From positions 1-64,000 of IMG/VR virus record IMGVR_UViG_3300031993_000044: 64,000 nucleotides of DNA, one strand, 5' to 3'. This document shows, piece by piece, positions 29,301 to 38,102 of the stretch (position 1 is the stretch's first letter; the number at the start of each line of letters is the position of its first letter). The position numbers were made by a program, and so were the translations under genes. The stretch is from a virus (Duplodnaviria > Caudoviricetes). The notes beneath the pieces are model-generated. The model saw nothing but the letters and a program-made list of their open reading frames with translations, was not told the DNA's origin and did not search any database.

Positions 29301-31422
29301 TCGGCATACCCAGCTGTGACGTAGTGCGCTTTTCCCGGTCAGTGACAGTATAGTACTTGTCGCCCGTCTCAACACCCTTGACACGGTTTTCCCACTCCTT
29401 TGCCTTTTTAATGATAGCTTCTTTGTACAAGTCCTCAAAAGCAGTCGCTTTCGCAACAGCCTTAAGTGCAGCAATGACTTGTGGAGCCATTTCTACGAGG
29501 ACTTTTTCTGCATCATTGACACCTTTTACAGCAAGTCCGAGGCTGTCAAAGTTTGAAGCGTTGTCTTTTATCCACTTCGTTTTTTCCGCTTCCGTCCTTA
29601 ACTTTGCCCATTGGTGCTGCAAGGAACGGTACTTCGCTTCCACGTTTCCCGTTGCGCTGCCAATGGTTTCAGCCATGTGCTTATGCTGTTCCGCGAGCTT
29701 TTCAGCTTCTTCTTTCTGCTTTTTCTCTGCGTCAGCAGCTTTCTTTGAGCCTATTGTGAATGCAGCAAGTGCGCCTACAACGGTAATAAGTGCCATTGCA
29801 AGCAGCACATAAGGATTGGCCTTTGCAATAGCGTTGAAAATGCCCTGTGCGACTGTTGCAGCCTTTGTTGCGACAATGTTACGGCCTTTTGCAGCCGTTT
29901 CTACGTCGATGGCCTTTGCAGCCGCCCATGTTTGAAGCGTGTTAATGCCACGCATGAGTGCGCTCTGCTCTTGCAGCGCGTTTCCAGCTTCAGTAAGAAA
30001 GTTCGTTGCAGCAAGTGAGCCTTGTATGGCCGTTTGAGCGCGTGCCAAGTCTTCTTCGCTCATTCCAAACGCTGCTGCCGCGCCCTGTGCAGCTCCGAAG
30101 CCGCTTATGACAAGGTTAAGCCCCTGCGTTAAGCCCTTGAAAGCTGCTGTGTCGTTAGCGTCGTTTTTGATGGTTTCCTGCACGTCGCTGAAAGCGTCCT
30201 GCAACGTGGCAGCTTTGTTTTTCAGCTCTTCCAGCTTCTTTTGCAATGCCTGACCCTCTGCGCTTGCACGTTCCGCATCGGTCATGTTGCGGTACTGCAA
30301 CGTGAGCATGGTAATCTCGTTGCGCAACTCCATGAGCATTTGACGCGGGCTGCTTTGCTTCGTCTGCTCATTTGCCCTCGTGTTCTGCTGTGTCTGCTGC
30401 TCAACCTCCTGCAAGCTTTCCTTAAGCTCTTTCAGTCCTTGCCGTGCAAGCGTTTCCTCGTCCTTGTAGCTTTGCAACGACTGCTTAAGTGCGTTGTATT
30501 CCTTGGCTATCTTCTGCATCTGTGCTATAACGTTCTCATTGTAGCCAGCGGCTTTCGGGTCAGCTTTGTACTGACCTTCGCCCGTTTGCTGAATATAGCC
30601 CTTTTCTATGCCCGACGCAGCCCATGCCTGCATGTTCTTTCGCAGTGATTCCATGCGCTTTTGCGCCTTTTCCTGCTTTGCTACAAGCTCGTCAATCGTC
30701 TTTTGCGTGTCGTCGATGGCTGCTTGTATCTCCTGTTGAGAGCCTGCATGTTCCTTTTCGGCAGCAGTGTGTTTGCGTGCAGCGTCGGCAGCAGCTTCAT
30801 GCGCCTGGGTCTGCTGCTCAACGGCCTGTGTCGCTTCTTGCGTCGTTTGTGTGGCTTGTTCCTGCGTCTGTGCTTGCGTTTCAGCAGCGTTGGTTGATTC
30901 CTGCTCCGCATCACTCTTTTCACGCAGTGTAGCAACGAAACTGTCATAAATGCTTTGCAAGTGCTGAATAGTCTGTGCAGCGTGTTCGTGCGCTGCTTTC
31001 ATATCCTGCACGTCGGCTGTCTGCAAGCGAAGCGTCTCACGCTCGTTTTCCAGCTGTTGAGTAAGCGCATTGAACTCTTTTGAGCCAGCAGCAGTGCCGC
31101 CAAGCTCCTTTTCAAGCTTGGAAACAGCTGTCTGCAAGCGTGTGGCCTCCTGCTCCGCGTTCTTTATCATTTCGGGCGTTGAACGCAGGTTGCTGTTCGT
31201 TTCCGCAATAGCTTCGTTGAGGACTTTCATTGCAGCCGTTGTCTTTGCTGCCAAGTCCTTCTCGCTGCTGTTTGCAATGTCATTCAGTGCTTTCGTCATA
31301 CGCGCACTGATTTCATCCGTGGAAACGCCCAAACGCTCCAAGTCGCCTATAAGCTTGTCAAACGTCTTTTGTATGTCGTCGATGTTGACAAGGCCAGTTA
31401 TGCCCAATACGTCCTCTGCCAT
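26281..31422 (-). CDS. tail tape measure protein
   Basis: 1713-aa helical Ala/Glu/Gln-rich protein; KANPY motif; ELNGRFTALQ C-terminus; position. Confidence 0.92.
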   Translation of the reverse strand: MAEDVLGITGLVNIDDIQKTFDKLIGDLERLGVSTDEISARMTKALNDIANSSEKDLAAKTTAAMKVLNEAIAETNSNLRSTPEMIKNAEQEATRLQTAVSKLEKELGGTAAGSKEFNALTQQLENERETLRLQTADVQDMKAAHEHAAQTIQHLQSIYDSFVATLREKSDAEQESTNAAETQAQTQEQATQTTQEATQAVEQQTQAHEAAADAARKHTAAEKEHAGSQQEIQAAIDDTQKTIDELVAKQEKAQKRMESLRKNMQAWAASGIEKGYIQQTGEGQYKADPKAAGYNENVIAQMQKIAKEYNALKQSLQSYKDEETLARQGLKELKESLQEVEQQTQQNTRANEQTKQSSPRQMLMELRNEITMLTLQYRNMTDAERASAEGQALQKKLEELKNKAATLQDAFSDVQETIKNDANDTAAFKGLTQGLNLVISGFGAAQGAAAAFGMSEEDLARAQTAIQGSLAATNFLTEAGNALQEQSALMRGINTLQTWAAAKAIDVETAAKGRNIVATKAATVAQGIFNAIAKANPYVLLAMALITVVGALAAFTIGSKKAADAEKKQKEEAEKLAEQHKHMAETIGSATGNVEAKYRSLQHQWAKLRTEAEKTKWIKDNASNFDSLGLAVKGVNDAEKVLVEMAPQVIAALKAVAKATAFEDLYKEAIIKKAKEWENRVKGVETGDKYYTVTDREKRTTSQLGMPSEWEKAGLKINEDYTADFQDRPGNAQRTTYELTKKGVDKINKYRNDQAVALRKRLEGEYDKEIQHYSDMWDNALLEAEEAKKKIPTTLLSGGTTTTTPTKPTKKEPEYKSAAELNDELLALRKERIEKELELEKEGSKRWAELERERIRTQAEIDSRAARQAGNEAVADLDASYKGGKSGMTEQQYKERRAALEQQTQDIIKAIEAKSQQDLADIDAQRVKAQQERDDELISQYQSYIDKKLQIDKDYADALKRIDEAIAEAKERGDTDRVAALTRSRAQAAQTHNEQQANLSLQQLKETPDYVRAFEDLGNTSTQTLEFLIKQFEEAKQAAATSLDPEKLREYTSTLQQMYDELNNRNPFVALTTSAQELTEAEQKLSIASANVVRARQNVKLAKQAGDAHKLAEAEKILTDAEKKERQATDDVEKAKNKYKKALKSTLEKVNELADAIANVGNAIGGTEGQILGIAANVMTFMTQTIDGIKAVTATGVAALSTLEKASVILTIISAAIQLFQQISSMFKDAHSQYEAYAEKFKEINQLRDAVNDYKLAVIEATNAEKRWFATTGLASLQDMYEYSNMALESYIAKMYEAQAIYQNESGGGWLTNALSWLGNLVSDIVSIPGKLITGALDKMGILDKDSLLGQIMDWGITGLFGGAEGLIGKGVGALLDTLNYDEGTTAAFKNLRIETREKSSGFLGTGIGGHSQRTEDLREWVKANFGKDLFGSDGMIDVQLAQTVIDKYGDKLVGETKATLEELIKLKQEYDKFREQLEEYISEMYAPLTDNMTDALWDWLKDGKDVMDSFKKYASDTFADIAKEMIKQALLTKVFDGFQDKLANLYEVYSMGGLTEKQLTDGIMQATDALLNKAENQLPVIQDVLTYIDEQFKARGFDITGSEAYEQQGSSGAWQQLGEDTGQELNGRFTALQITGESILVQSIEQTTALLTMQQEIVLTRTEIVSMSSNVDTIRETQEDMLSTLEQIQKNTYQLHEIKEDIKLLVENTKNI

Positions 31423-31426
31423 AGTT

Positions 31427-31630
31427 TTAGCCCATTAAAGACATGAATAACTCTGTTTCGTTCCTAAACTTCTTCTTTTGTCTTTTCCCACCACTTTGAC
31501 TTTTGCCAATCGTTGGCTCATCATCTTTCTTGTTGACACCCGACGAGGGTATTGTCTTGTTCAACAGCAGAATGTTGATGAAAGAGCGTTCAGATACGAC
31601 CTCGTTATAACTCATTCTGTAGTATTTCAT
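31427..31630 (-). CDS. tail assembly chaperone, frameshift-extended part (lambda T equivalent)
   Basis: Open in the -1 frame from the slippery site; DSPWAIVSGVMKYYRMSY. Confidence 0.7.
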   Translation of the reverse strand: MKYYRMSYNEVVSERSFINILLLNKTIPSSGVNKKDDEPTIGKSQSGGKRQKKKFRNETELFMSLMG

Positions 31631-31641
31631 TACCCCGCTGA

Positions 31642-32079
31642 CTATTGCCCAAGGGCTGTCGTTTCGCTCGGGTTGGTTATCTCCACCGTCTTGCGTAGGA
31701 TAATGATAGAGGTCAAGAAAAAATTTACGTCCAACGACCTGCTGACGTATGCAACAAACTCGTTAAAGACGGTAACGGTGAGCCGCTTAAGCACGTAACG
31801 CTTGAACAAGAAGCGTTTGATTTTGCCGGGCAGCAATGCAGCAATAAACATGTCCTGCATTACCTTTGCGTCCTTGTAGTGAGCAATGACCTCCGCAAGC
31901 ACCTTCACTTTGTCCTTGCTACCCAAGTCATCGTCGCTCAACTCGTTGCCTATAGCTCCGATTTCGTAGATTTGCGCAAGCGTGAGCGGGCGAAGCTTGA
32001 ACGTCAGCTTTCCTACTTTGATTTTGACGGGCTTTTCCGTCAATGTGCTGTGTACTCTTTCCTTGTCTGCTGTTTCCAT
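31642..32079 (-). CDS. tail assembly chaperone (lambda G equivalent)
   Basis: Between tail tube and TMP; LRPLTLAQI; VNFF slippery motif. Confidence 0.8.
   Translation of the reverse strand: METADKERVHSTLTEKPVKIKVGKLTFKLRPLTLAQIYEIGAIGNELSDDDLGSKDKVKVLAEVIAHYKDAKVMQDMFIAALLPGKIKRFLFKRYVLKRLTVTVFNEFVAYVSRSLDVNFFLTSIIILRKTVEITNPSETTALGQ
31717..31723 (-). other. -1 programmed frameshift heptamer T TTT TTC
   Basis: X XXY YYZ pattern in the zero frame; the -1 frame is stop-free into ORF 31427..31630. Confidence 0.75.
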
Positions 32080-32102
32080 ACACTTTGTTTTTTACGGAAA
32101 AC

Positions 32103-32143
32103 GCAGTGCGGGAATTAGGACGTGCGCCCCTTATCCGCACTGC
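32103..32143 (-). terminator. hairpin/weak terminator after the tail tube gene
   Basis: GCAGTGCGG...CCGCACTGC inverted repeat followed on the minus strand by TTTT. Confidence 0.5.
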
Positions 32144-32184
32144 GCTTACAATTGGTTTTGAATGAATAGTAGGCTCACTGTCGC

Positions 32185-32691
32185 TTAACCACCATTGCCA
32201 CCGCTGCCACCGCCGCCGTTTGATTCAACGGGCGTAACGGTGTGGCCGGACTGCTCCTGTCCCTGCTGGTTGGTAGTGGTGAGCTCGCGGAACTCCAAGT
32301 GGAAGTTGGGGAAACCGCTCTTGCCCAGCGTGCCGGCACGGGTGACAGTGACCTGCATCTTCGTCCAAGCAAACGTCATTGCGGGAATGTCGTCAAGTGC
32401 TTTGGTCGTGATGCTGACTGCGCCCGTAGGACGCTTGCCAATCTGCGCGTAGAGAGAGGAATACACAGCACCCGTCATGTCGTAGGTGTCCATAGTGAAG
32501 CCACGTGTTCCTGCGGAAGTTTGCAGGATGGCATACGGGCCTTCCATGTCCTCTACTTCAATCTCCTGCTGTGAGCCAGCCTGGTCGTTGAACTGCAAGC
32601 TGTCCTTGACAATGGCCTGAAAGCTGATTGCTGACCCGCCTGTCGGGGTGAATGTTACGGCGCTAACGCCATAAGCTGCTGTCTTACTCAT
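32185..32691 (-). CDS. major tail tube protein
   Basis: Position after neck genes; QEIEVEDMEGPY; Gly-rich tail. Confidence 0.7.
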   Translation of the reverse strand: MSKTAAYGVSAVTFTPTGGSAISFQAIVKDSLQFNDQAGSQQEIEVEDMEGPYAILQTSAGTRGFTMDTYDMTGAVYSSLYAQIGKRPTGAVSITTKALDDIPAMTFAWTKMQVTVTRAGTLGKSGFPNFHLEFRELTTTNQQGQEQSGHTVTPVESNGGGGSGGNGG

Positions 32692-32703
32692 AGTCGATAC
32701 TTT

Positions 32704-33114
32704 TTAGATGTTCTTACTTGTACAATCAAGTTGAATGTTTACGTAGTAGGTGCTATCCTTGTCGGGCGTTGGCCGTCCGTCGGAAAAGTACTTGAAATAT
32801 GCGCCACTGATGTACGCACCATCCTCGCTGTCAAACAGCGCAATGACCTCGTTTACTATTTCCGTGAGCCGTTTTGAATTGGGCTGCTCCGATGGGAGTT
32901 GCGGAACGTGTACGTTGACGTTGATAGTGTTGACCTGTGCAGGGTTGTTATGTACGAATGGCAAGTTGTTCACAGCAATGTATTCGCCGTTGTAACCCTT
33001 TTCCTTTTCATACTTAAACACCTTTCCTTTCTGTTCGTTATTACTACCGAATACGGATGGGGTCGCTGCATTGATGTATGTCGCAACTGCCGTTACTGCT
33101 TCAAGTCCTGTCAT
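32704..33114 (-). CDS. tail completion/terminator protein
   Basis: INVNVHVP, YYVNIQL; position. Confidence 0.6.
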   Translation of the reverse strand: MTGLEAVTAVATYINAATPSVFGSNNEQKGKVFKYEKEKGYNGEYIAVNNLPFVHNNPAQVNTINVNVHVPQLPSEQPNSKRLTEIVNEVIALFDSEDGAYISGAYFKYFSDGRPTPDKDSTYYVNIQLDCTSKNI

Positions 33115-33575
33115 ACGTTACCGTTCTTTACGTCCTCAATCGTTTCAAGCACAATCTTCTTTAGCTCGTCTTGCAGGAAAAACCGTGTCAGATGCAGCAC
33201 GTTATAGCCTTTGTCCTCCACGTACCTACCGTAATTCATTCCAGCTACGACAATAAGGGAATAGCCTTTCGGCTCTACATGCGCTTCCGCGTAGGCTTGC
33301 AGGTTCTTTTGAACTTCGGCCTGTGCTTCTGCGCTGTCAACCTTTCCAACCTCCATAGTGACGGGCTTGCCGTCCAAGTACAGCGCGTAGCTGATACTGT
33401 TCTTTAGGTTGGCCGTGTGGTCTTTGTAGCCCTTGTGAAGCTTTGCGTGCGTCGCTGCTTCTTCGCCCAAGTACAGCAGTTTGATTTCGAGTGCAGTCTG
33501 CAAGTTGTCACGCGCCTGCTTCAAGCGTTGCTGTAACGCCTTCAAGCCGTTTAAGCGTATTTGAGCACTTGCCAT
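33111..33575 (-). CDS. HK97 gp10-like neck protein
   Basis: YKDHTANLKNSI, VAGMNYGRYVE..GYNVL. Confidence 0.75.
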   Translation of the reverse strand: MASAQIRLNGLKALQQRLKQARDNLQTALEIKLLYLGEEAATHAKLHKGYKDHTANLKNSISYALYLDGKPVTMEVGKVDSAEAQAEVQKNLQAYAEAHVEPKGYSLIVVAGMNYGRYVEDKGYNVLHLTRFFLQDELKKIVLETIEDVKNGNV

Positions 33576-33579
33576 ACTG

Positions 33580-33918
33580 CTATATCCAAATCTTCACGTA
33601 CCGTTTCTTTAGCGTCACAAAGCCAGCGACTTCCGCTTGTTTGTCTATCGTGCCGTCCTCCTTGACGAATCGCACTGTTGCGCCCTCCTTTGGAATAAGG
33701 CCGTCCGTGTAGTGCTTCTTTTTGATGGGAGCAATGATTTCGTAGGTGTAGATGTATTCCTCGCCGTCGTTAAGCGAAACAGACTGCGCACGTTCATTGG
33801 GCAGGATGATACACTTTCCGACTTCCAGCCATTCCGACGTTGGCTCAATGGGGTTTAGTTCCTCGTCGTAGCCGCCCTCGGTAGTTTGCAGGATATACAG
33901 CTTGTCCTTGAAATTCAT
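33580..33918 (-). CDS. head-tail joining/closure protein
   Basis: GGYDEELNPIE..W; position. Confidence 0.6.
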   Translation of the reverse strand: MNFKDKLYILQTTEGGYDEELNPIEPTSEWLEVGKCIILPNERAQSVSLNDGEEYIYTYEIIAPIKKKHYTDGLIPKEGATVRFVKEDGTIDKQAEVAGFVTLKKRYVKIWI

Positions 33919-33919
33919 A

Positions 33920-34267
33920 TTACCACACGGGACAATAGGTTACAGTGTTTTCGCCGTCGCCGTCAAGCACAAGGTCGGGGTTTACGCCGATTTCCTTTGC
34001 AATCCCCTTAATCATGTCCTTAATATCGTCCTTGTAGGACTGTGACACGCCACCTATGTTTTCACTGCTCAACGACATAAGCTGACGGAGCAACAGCATG
34101 GCAGCAAAGCCGCATTGCTTATCCATTTCGGGCGAATAGTCGCCCTCTGTGTTTAGCGACGTTTGACCGCCAAAGCGGTAGAACGCTTTCATTGCAGCCC
34201 TATCCACCGCCTCGTCGGACAGTGAATAAGGCTCAATGTATGATGCTATTGCTTCACGTATAGTCAT
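33920..34267 (-). CDS. head-tail connector (adaptor) protein
   Basis: MTIREAI..IEPY, SSENIGGVSQSY; directly after the capsid gene. Confidence 0.65.
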   Translation of the reverse strand: MTIREAIASYIEPYSLSDEAVDRAAMKAFYRFGGQTSLNTEGDYSPEMDKQCGFAAMLLLRQLMSLSSENIGGVSQSYKDDIKDMIKGIAKEIGVNPDLVLDGDGENTVTYCPVW

Positions 34268-34280
34268 AGCTTAAGCTTGT

Positions 34281-35378
34281 TTAGGCAGAAGTTGCGTTAG
34301 TCACGAGGATAGCGTAGTCCTTCTTGCCCGTAAACACTGGAGTTGCCCACATTTCGTAGTCCACGAAACGACCCTCTGACGTGCGGTAGTTACCGATGAG
34401 GTTGTCTTCGTAGGTGGAGTACTGCTTGTTAGGCAGCTTGTCGATAGTCTCCACGCCCTCGCTGACCTTAAGGACAGCAACCTTGGGAGCAAACATGATG
34501 CACACACGGTCTGCGGGAATCATGTTCATGCTGGTGCCGTTGGGCAGAAGCACAAACTTGGGCTTCTCAATCTCAATGACGGGAAGCTCGATGCTCTCCA
34601 AGTACTCGTTGAGCGTGTTAAGAGGAATGATGCTCGGCTGGGGCTGCAACACGTCAGCCTTTGACAGCTTAAGCACGAACTTGGACTGAAGCTCGGTAGC
34701 CTTGCACATCTTCACGTAGGTAGCACGGGACATACGGATGCGCTCGATGGGCTTTCCGATGGTCTCTGCATACGCGCAAACCTGCTCCAAGTCTGCAATA
34801 GGTGTTGCACTTGCATCACCCCATGCAGCCGTTGTGGCGTAGAACTTCCTAATACCCAGGTCGAGGGCATAGCGCACGCCCGACTTGCTGTTGTTGTCGA
34901 GCTTAACGTCCTGCATACCGTTGTACAGACCCTCGAAATAGCTGATGTCAATACGCTTCCAAGGAGCGATTGCAGCCTTCTCGTATGGGTCAAAGAGGAA
35001 CTTGACAATCTTGCGGTACTCCGCAATACGTCTTTCGGGCGTGTAGTTGGCCTGCTTGTCCTTATAGCGGGATTCCATAAGGAAGTACTGGTCAAGTCGC
35101 TCGTTATCCATCTGCCACTCGTCGGCCATGCGTGCAATCTTACCATAAAGGTAACCTGCATCCGGCATAACGTGCAGCGGCTTGTTGGCGTTCTTATCGA
35201 CAACCGAGCCAGCCATAGCGGCGGCATACTCTGCGACGTAGGCAGCGTAGGCTTTGCTTGCACAGTACTCGATTTCAAGCTCCGGCTTGGCGAAGGACTT
35301 GTATGTCGATGTCTTCATGTTTTCCTGAATGAAGGCATCGAATACCTCCTGTTCAGTAAGTTTCTCGATAATAGTCAT
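34281..35378 (-). CDS. major capsid protein
   Basis: 365 aa after scaffold and decoration genes; ATPIADL, PVF near C-terminus. Confidence 0.78.
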   Translation of the reverse strand: MTIIEKLTEQEVFDAFIQENMKTSTYKSFAKPELEIEYCASKAYAAYVAEYAAAMAGSVVDKNANKPLHVMPDAGYLYGKIARMADEWQMDNERLDQYFLMESRYKDKQANYTPERRIAEYRKIVKFLFDPYEKAAIAPWKRIDISYFEGLYNGMQDVKLDNNSKSGVRYALDLGIRKFYATTAAWGDASATPIADLEQVCAYAETIGKPIERIRMSRATYVKMCKATELQSKFVLKLSKADVLQPQPSIIPLNTLNEYLESIELPVIEIEKPKFVLLPNGTSMNMIPADRVCIMFAPKVAVLKVSEGVETIDKLPNKQYSTYEDNLIGNYRTSEGRFVDYEMWATPVFTGKKDYAILVTNATSA

Positions 35379-35407
35379 ACCTTAATCTCCTTTAGTTTAT
35401 GCACACT

Positions 35408-35980
35408 TTAGGAACTGTACTTGCTGAAATCCAGCGCGTAGTGGTGACGTGAAGTCAGCTTTTCCTTGATGGTGCTGTTGATGGGGTAAGGGAGCGTGTC
35501 CTCCTGAATCTCGTAGGCCTGTACTGTGTACGTGATTGACGGGTAAGCGTCCATCTTCGTGCGGCAGTAGTTAAGGCCAAGAATGTTGTCCGTGTTGTCG
35601 TCGTTGACAACAGTGTCCTTGTCAACCTTGGCGGCAAGTGCGCCAACGGTCAGCGTATCGTAGTCCGCGTTAGACGTGTCAATAGCGGAAATGGTGCTGC
35701 CAGCAACCTTGTCGCCGACGATGAGGGCATGACCCTTCAACACTTTAAGCGACGTTGCGTTAGCGGCTGCATTTGCCTGTGCTACGGCAGTCTTAACAAG
35801 CACGGCCTTGTAGCCTGCGCTCGTAAGCTTGGCAGCAACGACGGCACCCTTGGGAAGAAATTCCATTCCCGACGGCAGACAAGTCTTATCAAACTCGATA
35901 CCGGCAATGCAGCGAACGCAAGACTTAACGTCCCACTGTGCGCCCTGCTGGCTTTCGAATGTTCTTGTTCCGTTTTCCAT
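35408..35980 (-). CDS. capsid decoration protein
   Basis: CIAGIEFD, VLVKTAV..A.A.ATSLKVLKG; between scaffold and MCP. Confidence 0.65.
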   Translation of the reverse strand: MENGTRTFESQQGAQWDVKSCVRCIAGIEFDKTCLPSGMEFLPKGAVVAAKLTSAGYKAVLVKTAVAQANAAANATSLKVLKGHALIVGDKVAGSTISAIDTSNADYDTLTVGALAAKVDKDTVVNDDNTDNILGLNYCRTKMDAYPSITYTVQAYEIQEDTLPYPINSTIKEKLTSRHHYALDFSKYSS

Positions 35981-35992
35981 AATGCTAATGCT

Positions 35993-36688
35993 TTACTTGG
36001 TTGTTGTTTCTACTTTGTTCACCTCTTTGAACATTTCAATCATAGCCTGGTTCTCGCTTTGTGGCGTGCCCTGCTTTGGTGCTTCTACGATTGTTCCACC
36101 TGCGAACATTTCCTGCTTAAGCGTGGTGTAGTCCGTTTTGATGTTCTGAACAACCTGCGCAAGGTTTTCCTCCTTGTCAAGCGTGTACTTGTTTCGGAAA
36201 CTTGCAGGAATATCCTTCAAGTCCTCGTGTTCGGCAAGCAGTTTGGCAAGCCTGTCGGCTTCACGCTGCTGCGTCAGTGGTGCAAGCCCCTGTGCAATAC
36301 CATCCTTAATCAGCTGCTGAATCTGCTCCGCAGTCAAGCCTTGCGGCTGCTGTTGAGTTTGCTGTTGCTGCTGTTGCTGTGTCTGCTGGGTTTGCTGTTG
36401 CTGTTGCGTCTGCTGCTGTTGCTGCTGCTGGGTTTGCTGTTGAGCTTTCGGGTCAATCCAGCCCTCGTACTTCTTTTCAATCTCGCCCTGCTTTCTGTTT
36501 CCTACAGACTGCATCATTTCAGCGTAGAACTCTGCTGACTTTACAGCTTCGTTCAATTCATCGTCAGTTGTCTCGTCAGTAAGACCGCCGGCAATGTTGT
36601 TAGCAATTTTGTTGAGTTCTTCTGCTTTCAAGCCATACTTCGCGTAAGCATTCTTGACGGCAGCAAGCGCCCGTTCCTTAATTGTCAT
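35993..36688 (-). CDS. head scaffolding protein with poly-Gln tract
   Basis: AYAKYGLK, helical, Q-rich linker; first gene of the head operon. Confidence 0.7.
   Translation of the reverse strand: MTIKERALAAVKNAYAKYGLKAEELNKIANNIAGGLTDETTDDELNEAVKSAEFYAEMMQSVGNRKQGEIEKKYEGWIDPKAQQQTQQQQQQQTQQQQQTQQTQQQQQQQTQQQPQGLTAEQIQQLIKDGIAQGLAPLTQQREADRLAKLLAEHEDLKDIPASFRNKYTLDKEENLAQVVQNIKTDYTTLKQEMFAGGTIVEAPKQGTPQSENQAMIEMFKEVNKVETTTK
36344..36445 (-). repeat. CAG/CAA microsatellite-like tract encoding QQQTQQQQQQQT repeats
   Basis: gctgttgctgctg runs on the plus strand. Confidence 0.85.
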
Positions 36689-36731
36689 AGTGCTACGATT
36701 TTTTTGTTGTTAGAAAATGAATTTGTCGGCA

Positions 36732-36739
36732 CAAAATTA
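36732..36739 (-). promoter_or_regulatory. Bacteroidota RpoD -7 box (TAATTTTG) for the head/tail operon
   Basis: TAnnTTTG about 45 nt upstream of the scaffold ATG. Confidence 0.65.
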
Positions 36740-36897
36740 TATAAAAGTAAGTGACTGTGTTTAGTTTTGTATAGTTCTGTGCAAACAACGCGCTCTATTT
36801 GTGCAAACAGCACAAAAAAAACGGGCGTAAACGTGGTTTACGTCCGCTGTAAGCAAATTGTAGGCAAATGGCGGGCAAGTTATCGGGCAACGATGTT

Positions 36898-37248
36898 TTA
36901 ACGCTGTAAACGCTTTAATTTTGCCCTTATAGCGTCAATGCTACGTGCGTCGCTGTTGCTTAAGCGCATGACATGCAGCCCAAGCCGCCAAATTCCCTGA
37001 CTTCTGTTCGTGTCCTTGCGCTTCTGCTGCTGTGTCGTGTGGTAGCCGCCGTCAATCTCCACGATGCAGCGCAAGGACGGGATGAACAAGTCAGCAAAGT
37101 ACGTGCGCCGTCCTGTCTGTATGGGGAACTGCCTAACAGTGTCAGCGTAACCGAGCTTTCGCAGGTTGTCAAACGCTGCTTTTTCTGCATCCGAAGCGTT
37201 TGCCAGCAGCTCACAGCGTCTTTGGAAAAGGAACTTGTTTAACTTCAT
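36898..37248 (-). CDS. DUF559/Vsr-like endonuclease-domain protein
   Basis: QFPI..GRRTYFADLFIPSLRCIVEIDGGYH, LHVMRLSN; ATG at 37248. Confidence 0.8.
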   Translation of the reverse strand: MKLNKFLFQRRCELLANASDAEKAAFDNLRKLGYADTVRQFPIQTGRRTYFADLFIPSLRCIVEIDGGYHTTQQQKRKDTNRSQGIWRLGLHVMRLSNSDARSIDAIRAKLKRLQR

Positions 37249-37255
37249 AGCAGTG

Positions 37256-37263
37256 CAAAGGTA
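37256..37263 (-). promoter_or_regulatory. -7 box TACCTTTG for the DUF559 gene
   Basis: TACCTTTGCACTGCTATG. Confidence 0.7.
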
Positions 37264-37362
37264 CACAAACAAAGTTGTTTGAGCATGTCTTTACTTTTTT
37301 TTGAGCAAACACGCTATATATACCTATACTATTCCATAAATACGAATAATAATATAATAATA

Positions 37363-37417
37363 ATCCTTATCCTTAAGACCTTCGTAGGCTCATTCTTGTA
37401 TATTGCTGATTATCAAC
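37363..37417 (+). repeat. bipartite direct repeat, copy 1
   Basis: ATCCTTATCCTTAAGACCTT-N20-TTGCTGATTATCAAC; copy 2 at 58111. Confidence 0.85.
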
Positions 37418-37569
37418 GGATAATAGAAAAGGTAGCTCGTTTTTTAACTTTTCGGCGTTTCTCTTAACGCAAAAAGCGCATATATTAACACTTAGTCCTG
37501 CACCCGTTTTTGCTTCCAAAAGTGGAAAAGAATGTAAATTTTATATAGGATTACTTAGTATTCTGCTTA

Positions 37570-37689
37570 AAAAATCTTAATATCGTATAGATTTATATAG
37601 TAATTATTAGGTTTATTGATTAAAACTTAATACCTTTGCCTACGTAAACGACAAACAACAGTTTAACAACTTAAAAAGATACGACAATG
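37570..37689 (+). promoter_or_regulatory. early promoter/leader cassette P1
   Basis: AAAAATC-N27-TTATTAGGTTT-N17-ACCTTTGCC..CAGTTTAAC..AGATACGACAATG. Confidence 0.85.
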
Positions 37690-38058
37690 TTACAGAGTGA
37701 ATTTACAGACAGGACAAACATCGCAGTAACGAGTGAACTGTATGCGGAAATTGAGCAGCAGTATATGGACTGCGATTTAGACAAGGACACGTTTTGCAGC
37801 AGGTTCAAGCGCAAGGGCGGTATGCTGGAGTACACACGCCGCATGGTACGCGAGATTGAAGCTTTGCAAAAGCAGCTTGCAGACGAGAGGGCAAAGCGTG
37901 AGCAGGAGCGCATACATGCAGCAAAGGAGCTTGCCGAAGCTTGCACACAGCGCAACGCCTTTGAAAAGGAGCTTGTGAGAATCTACGACATCGAGGGCGA
38001 CCACAAGGCAATTTGGGCTTTGCACAACAGAATCATTGATAAATATTCAAATAAGTAA
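37687..38058 (+). CDS. hypothetical early protein (coiled coil)
   Basis: First gene after P1. Confidence 0.7.
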   Translation: MLQSEFTDRTNIAVTSELYAEIEQQYMDCDLDKDTFCSRFKRKGGMLEYTRRMVREIEALQKQLADERAKREQERIHAAKELAEACTQRNAFEKELVRIYDIEGDHKAIWALHNRIIDKYSNK

Positions 38059-38102
38059 TAACCGGCAGGGGGTGACACCCCTGCACTAAAAACAGTACGA
38101 CT

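Noticed and set aside
9563-30949. Many 60-370 aa plus-strand ORFs opposite the large tail, TMP and target genes (e.g. 11581..12690, 27514..28362)
   Set aside because: Antisense shadow ORFs of long coding genes with no family motifs or start context
36770-36897. Short repeats (GTGCAAACA twice, GGCAA runs, GTAAACGTGGTTTAC) upstream of the head operon
   Set aside because: Too short and irregular to distinguish from chance; could relate to late-promoter control but unsupported
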